64,000 nucleotides of DNA. Origin: Ophelia neglecta (Eukaryota). Below the pieces are notes generated by a model that did no database searches, was not told where the DNA came from, and worked only from the letters and a program-made list of their open reading frames with translations. Positions within the stretch are counted from its first letter, which is position 1. Each line of letters begins with the position of its first letter. Shown here in pieces: positions 48,166-60,100 of this stretch. The DNA lies in NCBI GenBank assembly GCA_965285935.1, contig OZ260661.1, positions 88,598,001-88,662,000 on the forward strand, written 5' to 3'. The translations under genes and the position numbers were made by a program.

Positions 48166-51100
48166 CAGGAAGCCCAGCTCTACCGACCACAAGCTGAGGG
48201 TGAAGGTAAGTAAGTTCATTTTTTATACGTGCGGCTTTTTTTCAACCACATAGAAAAAAGCTCACTGGTTTACCTTGATTACACCAATAAATCTCCACTA
48301 TATGCATGGGCCATAAATGGAAACTATTAAAATTTGTGCGTATTAAGGTAATTTGAAGGAGACACCGGAGCCAATGGCTGGAGGCAGTATTTGTAGCCAG
48401 CAAGAGTCGTGATGGAGGGTAGGCGAGGTGAAATTAGACACCCCGAGATCGATGAAACCACTGCGGCTCAAAGGTACGCCTGATAAAAACCTTCATGTTC
48501 TCTATTCTCATCACAAACTATGACTCACGCAATGACAGTCACAATAGCTTTGCCGAGAATCCTACAAATTTTTTAGATTTGTCCTATCACCGGGTTAATC
48601 TTGTATCTTCTTTCCTGTCATGTTCGATTATTGGGGCCTATACTTACATAAGGCAATTGAAGTTTTGTTTAGCATAATTATCCACGAACAACCCTGAACC
48701 AAACCCTTATGATGACCCTTGAGTCGAGCATTTTATTACAGTTTAATAGAAGGCATGCATGCTAGGTAAATATTTTCGATAAAAGCGCCGAGGGACAACA
48801 AAACAAGGTAAGAAATAAAGAGTGTCAACAAAAACGAGGTTAATTTGAGGACGATGCGATCCATTTTTGAAGGTTTCAAATTAAGATATTCCTCCTTCAA
48901 CACTGCCTAATTAATGTTATTTAAACTTAGCTCTTCACATAAAGACAAAATGGCTGTCCATGATTCGAATGAAAATATACTCTTCGGGTATAAATGCATC
49001 TCCAATGCACCGAGCCTGGACAGTAATAGGTCGATCATTGGTATTTCTAGAGCAACAAGGAGGATGAATGAGATGGACTATTATAATCAAATTAACTAGA
49101 TCATGCTGTAGACGATACAATGTCTGCAGGGGAAGGAGCATGGTTTTAACGACTCGGTCCACAATAGTATGGCCGCAGTAATTAATTGCTCTCAGCCAGA
49201 GCAGACGACAATGGTTCACCTGTGGACAGGATTGCACACAACTGTTCTCCGTGTCCGTCCATGGAGACCCGCCATGTGCAGGCAGCCTCCCCGAGGTGCG
49301 GCTCCGATAATAACGGTACGAATACAGCCTCGCCCTAATTAACTAAATCAACAGCCGGCCCCAAACTCTCTCCACGCAATGAAAAGAAAAATATAACGGA
49401 CCGACATCTGAGCCAGGACCTGTCATTGTAGGTGATACAGAGACAACCGGCAATGAGGCTAATACAAAACCTTTATCTAACTTACATAGGAGAGGACGCT
49501 GGTGATAATCATTCTGATTTTTCTGGCGATGCTTGCGTCACAGGTGCAAAGTCAGCCATCTGGCGTCAGTCTTCTCCGGAGGTTGCTCTTTGATTCCCGT
49601 TGGCAGAGTAACCCAAACGTGCTGTCAATTTACCATGACACTGCCTCAAACACGTACCGCTCATCAAAGATGGCAGAAATCACGCTCCTATCATTACCCA
49701 CCTTTTTCCATCATGCTTGGCCAATTATTTCCGATGAACTCAATACCCGATATCAGCTCCATTAGAATATGGGTTGCCTCTAATACACGGGTTTCAATTC
49801 CCGACAACTCTTTCTTCTCAAGCCGGTGATGCTGAAAGGAGCCTTTGGTGTCATCGAGCGTGCTTAGCCAAGATATAATACCACGCCTTACTTAGTGATT
49901 TAGACGGGAAGTATATATGATATGATAAAAGAGAATCTCCGTGGCCCAGGGCTGCCGTGTCGGCGACAAAGGCCGCCAGAAAACAATCAACCAAACAACA
50001 ATATCTCAACAACAACAACAAAGAGCTGCTGAGCAGAGGTGAATATCTAATGATTAGGAGACCGCTAGGATTCTCGGCAATGGGCGGAGGCCGAGAAGCT
50101 TAAAGTTCAATAATAGGCCATCCTTTCAGGAACCAGATTATCACCGAGAAAATTAATAGGCCGTTAGCTTTTAGTGTGATTGTCTTTTGAAAATACGTCA
50201 TTCGGTTAGCTATTCTGCTAATGAGTAGGACCAGAAGTTCACTATAGTTCACAGCAAATGGTGTTCTTTTAATCGTGATACCTAATAATAAAGGTACGCC
50301 TTCATAAGTACATGTACACCTTCATTTTCGATTTTTTTATGATATATATATAGGGCCTATAAACAACCTACTTAGATCGGTATTTCGACGAGACACACCC
50401 GCTTCTTCAGGGTACAAAGTATACATGTCTATATTCACATGTTTATGTCTACGATTAAGTTACTACGTAAACTACTAGCTCGGAATATCACTTTAATTAA
50501 TTGTGCCCAGCTAGGCATTCGAGGGCCGGTTACAGTAGAGTCTACCTAAGATAGACGTAAGATATAATATTTTTATAGGGAAGTACATGGAAGGAAAAAT
50601 GTATCAGCCTGAGCTACTGCCATTATCGAAGCTCCAGTTTTACACAGAACGTTTCCTATAATGCACAGGTGCTCCCGTACACGCAGCACACTTAAATATG
50701 TATAAGTTGAATCAACATGTAGTACAATACCATGTTAAAGCCTAATTGGATAACTTTTAGCCTAGCTATCACATGACATGCAGCCTATAATCTGTTTATT
50801 TTAGTTTTTTGTCTTATTTTGTTGATTTTTTCAAAAGGAGTGGCATTTGTACCCTTGAGCAACGAACTTGTCAGTGAAAGTGACTTTCATAAATTAGTTA
50901 TAAAACATTTAGACACCAAACCCATTTTCGACTGATGCCATTCAATAAGTTTGTGTCCCTGGCCTCTTTGCTCATATACACTGCGGAGTAACACTTGGAA
51001 TCGGCGGCACGTCCGGCCCCAGGGATCATGGGAAAGCCATTATTGCAGTGAAAGAGTCACACATAAATTGTGAACATTAAAAAAATGTCCCCATACAATG

Positions 51101-54100
51101 GTGGAAACAAACAAATTGTAGTTACAAGGTATTAAGCGTTGGGTATTAGGCTCTGGGTATGTTTTTGTGCTTTGGCTTAAGTCACGCAGCTCGTTGGATT
51201 GCCATAGGTCAATATTATTGAAGTAAATACAGTTTTGTTCAGGCTACTCCAATACAATTTCGTCTAAACCAAGAGGGCGACTCATCGCGTGGTTTGATAA
51301 CAAAGGCTCCGGAAGTGAACACAGAGTTAGAGGAAGCTCAGGGTCTGCCGGGAGCAATCATGATGAAAAGACAGGAAAGCCAGAAGAACAGCGGCGGTAA
51401 GCCGGGGATGAGCTTGGATCAGGCAACAACTCAGTAATACACTGCAGGCTCCCTGGCTTGGTGTTAAGAGCGAAGCTCCAGGATGTCCCCTTATGTATAC
51501 AACATACCTCTAAAACACTACAGTTGAACAATTATAAAATCCAACTGCTTATCTTTAAAAACAGGAAAATTGTGGAGCTCTGGGTACATAACTTCCTACC
51601 AATGCATCAATAAATATGACGTTTGTCTCGATCGTTTCGGAGAGAACCTTATCAGCTTATCATAAAAACTTCGAAATGAAGGTCAACAAATCGATTAGCT
51701 TTGAGGTAATATTAGCTGAATAACGCAGCTTTGAGAGGTGAAGGTAAACAAGGAGGAACATGGCTGACCTTTGGTCTATAGTCTCTTTGATGCCACGGCT
51801 GACAGGACAAAGCCAACAATACCCGTCTGAGCTGCCATGGCGAAAAGTGGACCCGACATTGGCAGCTACAGCCAGGTTAACAATGGGCAGCCCTGAGGCG
51901 AGTGTCGGGCGTGTTCCTGTCACCTGACCCGCCATTGCCAGGTAGGAGTCGAGTCGGGGCTGAATGATCAACTCCATCACTCACACTTACTACCTGGCAC
52001 CAAGGTTCATGCAAAATGCAGAACGGACTCGATATGGGCTCAGTCACAAACACAGGCCAACCCTCTAATGGCTCGGATAGCAGTCCAAATAAGGCCAGAT
52101 AATGGGTGACATTGCAGGATAATGGCGGATATGCACAGTCACTGCCCATCATACGGATCAAATCTATTTATAATCGCCACCCGTTCTCATATGGCGCACC
52201 TTAATGTGATTAGAGTGAGAGAGGCAGATCTACCTGGAGCGGCTGCTCGGCCATTAGGCCAGTGGCAAGTCAGAGCCAAACTGCTCAATATATTACTAAA
52301 CACGTCTGAACTGATACAACCATGTCCCCTGTCGGCCTTATCTACATATACAACGTAATGATGGGCAATATCTGAACAATCTAGTCAAACCTCGGATCAT
52401 AATAAGTGGCGTATAGGCCCATAATGCATATTGTAGAAAACAAAAGGACATTTATTTACAATCAGTTAGCTAGGTTTAGTCCACACCCTCATTACGTCAC
52501 TGCTTGTATCTCGGCACAAGGGCACCCTAGATCACTGGCTGCGAAACAAGGAATTAACCGGAGTACTGTATGGTTTTTGAGGATATTCATCTATTAAAAA
52601 AACTGCCTATGGCTCGTTCATTATTTCAGATCGTTGCAACAACTCGTACAATATCTCTTTCATAATCGCAGGACGACACTTGTGAGTCTTCTGCTAATCA
52701 CATGGCTCTGTCGTCTGTCATTGCTCGCGCCCTGAAACTCGCCGGCCTGGTACCGAACCACATATCTCGCCATCGCCCTGTAATGTCGAGTAACACACAG
52801 CCTAATAGCACACACAGTTAGTGTTCCAATTAGCAGGAAAGTGGAAAAAATTCCTTGTCGCATTTCTTAGTCTAGTGTCCGGGCAACCATGGTCACAGAG
52901 TTATTCAGTCTCTGAAAGCCAATGGTTGACCGAATTGTAATTGAGTGCCCAGGGAGACAACGTAGTATGCCAACTCGCCTTGTCCAAAGTCTTTTCATAC
53001 AACACGACGGGGAGGAAAGATTGACTATCACCCACCGAGGAGTGTGCTGGCACAGGCACCATTGTTGAAGCATTAAGCCGGGACATTCCTGGAGCACCTT
53101 CCGGGAGCAAAGCCTGCCAGAGAGCCAATCAGAATCCAAACACCTGCATAGCCTTTCTGGCCTTCAATCAACCAATAGCAAATATCTGTTTCTATTCTGA
53201 ACAAACTAACAATTACATTGTCATATGCGTGGCGATTGTGAAAGACCCTAACGACATTAAACTCTGCCCAGCGCAACAATTAAAATAGACCCAGTTGGTC
53301 GGACAACGAGAAAATGGAGCAGATATTGGGAAAAAAGTAGGCCTATTTTTGTATAGAAAATACGAGGATGACAACAAATAATTTGTTACTAATTTAAACC
53401 TCCTTTTATAAGCGTTGTTGTGTACATAAAGAGACATTTCAATACACTTTATTCACATGAGACACACTTATCGAACATGTCGAAGCCTTAAATGTGTAAT
53501 AAGCAAGCCAACATTTCCTATTGTATTAGGTATACAGGCCTTGAAAAATAGTGTCTGGCCAAGAATCAGTTCGTTGAAAAATACAGTCGATGTTATTCGT
53601 GTAGGTGAACACCTGAATGGCATAAATATAATATATAGGCCTCCTACATCAAATAAAACTGAGCTTACAACTTAGCCCTCTGAGTTAAGGCTATCACGAG
53701 GTTGTCACCGACATAGGCCTACCTGCATTTGCATTGGTAGCACTCTGGCGTTATGAAAACTTGACACGAAAGAAAGTATTTCAAAATGAAGACCAGTGTC
53801 TCACCTTAACTAAGCTGTATTGACACAGCTCCTTTGTCCCGACGGTCAAGAAAGGGGTAACGGTATCCTGTTAGGTCAGCTGGGATATCGAAAGCCTGGG
53901 GAAACCGGCTGTTTGTTTTTGACAATTCAAACCATGTAGCCAGTAGAGCATCGAACAGTTTCCCTCCAAAAGTGCATGCCAGCCAAGTATATCCAGGTTG
54001 TAATTGATCAAACTAGTGCACCACGGCCCAGGCTTCACGGGCACTACATTGACGCTACACTTTTTATGCCAATGGAATGTTCGAGACCATTATTTAACCG

Positions 54101-56100
54101 CTCAACGACGGCGACAACACACTTCACAACCACGTTTTCCAACGATAATTATGTATATTTTTTTCCAGTCGACTACTGCCTGACATATAATGTCAGCGTA
54201 TAAATATAGAGGTTTGTTAAACTCCACCATGAACGTAACGAGAGGGCGATGAAGCGTCTGGTAGTTGGCCAGGTAAAAGGAGGACAGTGCACAGGATTCA
54301 ATCCACTGATAACAAACCAGGCCCTTGAGGCAAAGCCGCACGGGCCATAAACTGAGAACGTATGACCCTTTTATGGCTACACAGGGAAACATAATGGGCT
54401 AAAAAGCAGTGGATATTGGAAATAATCATTCTCTTGCAGGTGACATTGTAGCCACAACACAATAAATTGAATAGAATGGAATCGTCTAAGGCTGGACAAC
54501 AAAGTTAATGACAAAATCACCTAAGTGTCACACTTGATAGCAATTAACTGTGTGTTGTGTGTTTTTCAAAGGATTTGTGGTTTATAATTGAAATTGTTCT
54601 TCCCCAGAGACCCCTATCTTGGAAATTAGCCATAACATTAGATGCATGATGACATGTGGGAAAATTATAACTGCAACGAAATTTCCCATAGAAAAAATCT
54701 TTCAAGACATTTTTATTTTCAGCAGCACGTCTATGACGACTTTGGTGTACTACCTGTGTACAGTATTCTTAGCCGAGGGAACAGCAGTTCCCTTTCTCAC
54801 GTTACAATTATGCCTACTGAATCAAAATATCAATATTTTGCAACAAATGAAAGACATAAGAATCAGCCAGTGCTATGGGTTTCCTGATTGCCTCAATTTG
54901 AGCTTGAGTACAGCGAGATTCGTGCCTTAGCAAACGGGAAGACAAAACGCTTCAGGACAACGAATGTCACCTAATTTCCCAAGAAGAAGCCTAAAATATG
55001 TGAACATTTTGTGGTCTCATTTCCTTGGTTCTGGGCATGTCTTCTCCGCAAGTTCTTTGTCCAACAAATCTGATGATTATTATCGGTGGCCAATAACAAC
55101 TTAATGCTTCATGCTGAATCCTGGATGCGTTTCGCCTATCCCGTCTTTGATATAAGCCACGTGATAGGCAGAGGAAGAGATCGACAGGCACACACCGGGC
55201 TTGAGAGGGGCGTGCCGCAGAATGTTAACACACTCTTTTCCAAGGCGGAGGCAGCTAAAGAGCGTCATAATCCACGCGCAAATGCACATTTTTTAAATCG
55301 AAATTTGATCCCTATTAATTTAAGTGGACTGCCTGGCTACTAGCTAATTATCTAATTCCTGTCGGAGGAGTGCATTGGAAAAAGATAATTCCCAACCTTA
55401 AGTCCTTTCGGATTTGGCCCTACCCGCCGAGCAGAAATAGTTGGCGGCTTATCGCAATATGGCCGAAATATATTTAGATTGGTTATCCCGCCAGCCTTTG
55501 TTGACATTTCACAGCCCTACCAAAGCTGTTTGTCAACGTGCCATTGAACGGGGCCATATTTCATGTTTACGTGCAATTGAGACTTGCACAATAGCAGGGA
55601 AATGAAGTACAAGCATGTTGAAGAATTTTAAAAGCTACTCGTGTAGTTTTAAATTGTCTTTAAAATGGCATGGCCTAGCGATGTGAGAGCCTCGCTTTCT
55701 CCATAGCTGTCTGTAAAAAGCAACACACGGAGAGAGCTTAATAGTAAATAATGGCGGCAGAATCTACCTGCCGTGCCCAGGTAATTTGACCCCAACATCG
55801 ATACTAGACACTACATTCATTATCCGGATTATCTCAATACGCCTGCATCTCGCCAGACAGACAATCTGATCATTGCCTGCGACTCAGGGCCAGGCTAAGT
55901 GGAATGTGTATATTACGTCAATAATTAAGAGCTCCTAAGCTATGCACATGCAAGCATTGTTTATTGGCAATACATGCTTATTTTGGACAATACACCCACT
56001 TAAATAAGCTACATTGCTTTGGCAACACATACCGGTAGAATAATATTTGGCCCGCACTAAATTTATTCCGTTACACAATGAAGGTAACATTCCATATGGA

Positions 56101-56116
56101 TGACCTACCTTGACCT
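56101..56116. promoter_or_regulatory. Perfect nuclear-receptor DR4 element (TGACCT-ACCT-TGACCT)
   Basis: Exact AGGTCA-N4-AGGTCA on the - strand, with a further TGACCC half-site 8 bp away. Confidence 0.6.
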
Positions 56117-56974
56117 CGCGTGGATGACCCAGGTGGTGCTTGTCGACAGTGTCGTTTGGTAATATGTTAAGCACCCTGACTACGACTCTTGACTGTTTCT
56201 CCGATAAAGGCTGGTGTGTATGATAAGTCACAGGCTAAGTTTCTGCCTGACAATATGTATAGCCTGACAAGTTGTATACATATATAGCCTTATATGCATA
56301 GCACCTTTCAGTATCTGTTAACCTTTGCAGTCCTACCTGCACTGAAAGCCTATATAAATGAATCGTAGCGACACTGCGGGATTCCCCATGACTAACACAC
56401 TCAGTCATCCGTCATTGAGTGAAATTTTCTAATCAATATTGGCGCAGGTAGGCGCAGCTGTGAGTTCAGTCAAGCAGCCTTTGGCCTAGCAGGGCTCCAG
56501 CGACTCGGCTTACCTCAACCCTGGCAGAAACTGTAGGAGCGGGCAGTCGGAAAGTATGGATGGCCTTGCTCTTTGAGTACACCCCGGCGGGACCGAGACG
56601 CTGTACTTGGACCCTGCCGCCGAGGGAAGGCGTGGTCACGCTCCGCTGGTCACAGACGATCAATCTTAACATACAAAAGTAATGACCGGCTGTATTCACC
56701 AGAAAAAAGAGAAGACATGACCTGACCTGACCTGGCCCCCGTCCAAAACCGCCAGGTCCCGTCATGGTATTCATTTGACGGATGTGGCCGCAAGGCTTTC
56801 TCACAGAATGTAATGCCTGATGGCCTCTAAGTACACATATTTCGTAAAACCGAAATCGTAAAATTTGCCTAATATAAAAACCTGATCAAATATCAGAGCC
56901 ATACTGAACATTTAACGGCGCGTTCTAATGGCGTGTTGCAATCATTTTTAAATAGTTTTTTCTTTTTATACATA

Positions 56975-57137
56975 CAGCGAAAATTGCCACAAAGACCACC
57001 TCCGTATTCAGACCACCTGCCAATTCAGACCACTAATATGAGGCCCTGATATGCACATTAATAGTAAAGAACCTGTCTAATCAGACCACCTCCATAATCA
57101 GACTAATACTTTACAGAGTTTAAGGCAGTTTTCACTG
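56975..57137. mobile_element. 163-bp Tc1/mariner (pogo/Tigger-like) MITE with TA target-site duplication
   Basis: TA|CAGCGAAAATTGCC ... GGCAGTTTTCACTG|TA (12/14 TIR match), with internal repeated AGACCACC motifs. Confidence 0.85.
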
Positions 57138-60100
57138 TATATAGTCTGTAAACATTGGCATGGAGGCCTGAATAATGTGTATGCCAAAAATGTGTCAGTG
57201 GCGACACCCTACAAAGGTTGCGGACAACAAGCATGCATGCACCTCTTAGCTGATGGTTGTAAATAAAATGTATGCTTGCATGCCGTGGCTACAGACCAAA
57301 TTTCCGTTATGCATTCGACAGTAATGAAACTGCTAAATTTCGTTAAGATTAAATGTCTACGTTTTCCTGTCTCCACCCCCCACGCCAGTAGAACGCCTCG
57401 AAAAAGTATGTTTTGGAAATCCCATTACCTCAGAACAACGAAAAGGAAAATTACTCTTTTTGTGAAAGCAAGTCCGTTACAAAGGCCATACATAGACCTA
57501 TCATAACGTTACTTCATGGAATGATGTATACACAGGTTGTGAAGAAGATTTCGAAGGGCCTCCCATGATTGAACACGTTATGACGTTACATATACATGTA
57601 TTCGGCATCATGATATCAGATCTACTGTCAACAATCTTACTACGAGCTCGGCTGCTTATAGTCTACTGGCCACAAAACAATTTCATACTTTAATTCTAGG
57701 TATACAAATACGTGTATTTATTTCCCTAGCTGCGCCTGTAATAACTTTAGTACTTGAAGGCTAAGTATTGAGGACGCTAGAGCGAGGACCGTGTTGCAAT
57801 GAAGGATACAGCGTCGGAACGTGAGTAGTTCTAATCAATCACTTCAGCTATTATATATTTCCGGGGAATTTTGTGCTACGTCTCTCTCCCCGAAATAAGT
57901 ATAATACTCATACCCGGTCAATACCGGCGCTGTAACAGGGTGACACCTATAGAATAATACACAGGCGGCCAAGTGTTAGTGCTGGGAATTTTCTATTGGT
58001 GTTGAGTGGGCGGAACAACGCATTACACGTAAATAATATTAGTCATGATACCTGGCTGATTGTGATAATCAGACGAGACTGAGCGCGTTCACGCCGGCGA
58101 CCTCAGCTCATTCCGTTCATTCTATTGTCAACAAGGTCGTAGATTAGATCATCACTATCACTGACTGATTTAATGCCCAGCCACAGAAAAATCAAACTGG
58201 TCAATAAATCAAATAGGCCTAGGCTACACGTATTGGCAGTGATTGTACAAAAAACCCATGGAATGTGAACCGGCCGAGCGCCAAGCCCAGCCACACCAAC
58301 CTAAATCAATAATATCTCAAAATCTACCAATTATTCGTCATTTCAAACAACGAACGTTTTCTTTAAAGCGTTTTTAACCACAATCATAATAAAGGTAAAA
58401 ACCACCAATTCCTATATCTATGACTGCTGCATGACGATTGCATGACGATATAGTCATTACAAAAGGTCAGTTGGGTTGCCTTGACTCATTTAAATATGGG
58501 TCACGTGATCAACCATAAGTCAGAATGCAGTGAAATATACGAGGTGAAGCTCGTGAAAGTTACTGAGGGGTTGTGTTCGAAATATTGTCTTTCACCTGAC
58601 AGTGATGATATTTAGCCCATCGTTCCCCTGGAACATTCTCAGGAGATTGTCAAGCGGTAGGGTCAACAAATGCAATTATAACAAGTCGTTTGGTTCGATG
58701 GTTACTTGAACGATGGCGTTATTTAACCCCGGTCACACAAGGTCAGTGTCGGAGAGCTAACTAATGGGCTTCAATGGTAGAATGACATACACCCGAGGCT
58801 GGCATTATACTGCAGCACTATAGCGGAACAGTTAGTGTTAAGAAAATAACCGTCTGTATGTAGACATTGTTCTGAGATGAACTTCTACTACCATAAACAT
58901 AGCCACCGGCTTACCTCAAGTAACCGACGACAGCCTTACAAAGTTCAAATTCTAAATAAGCTGGTTAAAATTATAAATAATAAATGCAGAATGTGCATGA
59001 TTCTAGAACTAAGTGTGATTTTCCAATAAGAATGGTCTCGGGGGAAAAATTAACAAAATGACCATCGCAAAAAAACAACAACAAAAGAGAAAGAAGCCCT
59101 ACACAATAAACGATTAAAATAGAATCAGCTGTTTGACAGTGGTTTTTGATAAAATGTCTAGAATTTATAGCTACACGAATGGTCGTGGTGATAATGACAG
59201 GCGGTCTGCACGCGAGCTGCCGTTGTGACATTTTTATTACAGGGACCTGTATGAAACTTATACAGCATTATTAACATCCTTGACGGAGGCAAGCTTTAAT
59301 TTGGGATAAATGGGGATCAGATATTATCTATGGACTCACCCTTTGTCCTGACTATAAAATGCTAAATATAAAGTGTACAAACACATTTTGTTGACTGCAT
59401 GTCAAAGGGAAATCTGCTGCCATCGTACATGTATGTTGAAAAACGTCCACAAAAAGATTCATACTAAATTAATGGAAAGAGTGACAATGTCCTCCGGAAA
59501 GGACTCGAACCTATAATTATAATAATTTTACCATCATTGTTCGCCAATTCAATGCGGCTTGGTTCCAGTAGGGCTAACTTAAAGTAATGAGCACCACTTT
59601 GAGGTTGTCAAAAAACACAACCCTATGATTACTGCCTTCGAACAATTTGCATAAAATATGTTTGAACTTGATTAGCATCTCAGGGGTGAGAAATGCATTC
59701 TTTTTGTTTTGGTCACCGTGCACGTCCATTTACCGGTCGTTTCGTGGGCATCAAAGCAACCGCCCCAGGCAAAATCAAAAAATGTGAGCAACGTCAAAGC
59801 ATCCATTACCTTGTCCAGACGGAGCTCCAGGTCTACTTAGGCGGTTGGGCGAAATTCGTCTGCCATGCAATTAGACAACTTGGCTGCAAAAGGCAGTCGA
59901 TTACATTCCAATGGGATTGGAGAAAACATGCCCTCTCTACTCCATCGCTGGCCGTATTGATGACGCTGTTTGCCAGCAATCAACCATGTTGACAGTTTGC
60001 TGCCTACAAGGTACGCATAGTTAGTCTTGTGCATCTGGCAAAGTGGAGAATGACAGGAAAGGCGAGGGTGCCATCGGTCGTACCTTCATTTCATGGCAGG

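Noticed and set aside
59490-59515. GGTTCGAGTCC B-box on the - strand
   Set aside because: No A-box, D-arm or acceptor stem, so not a tRNA gene.
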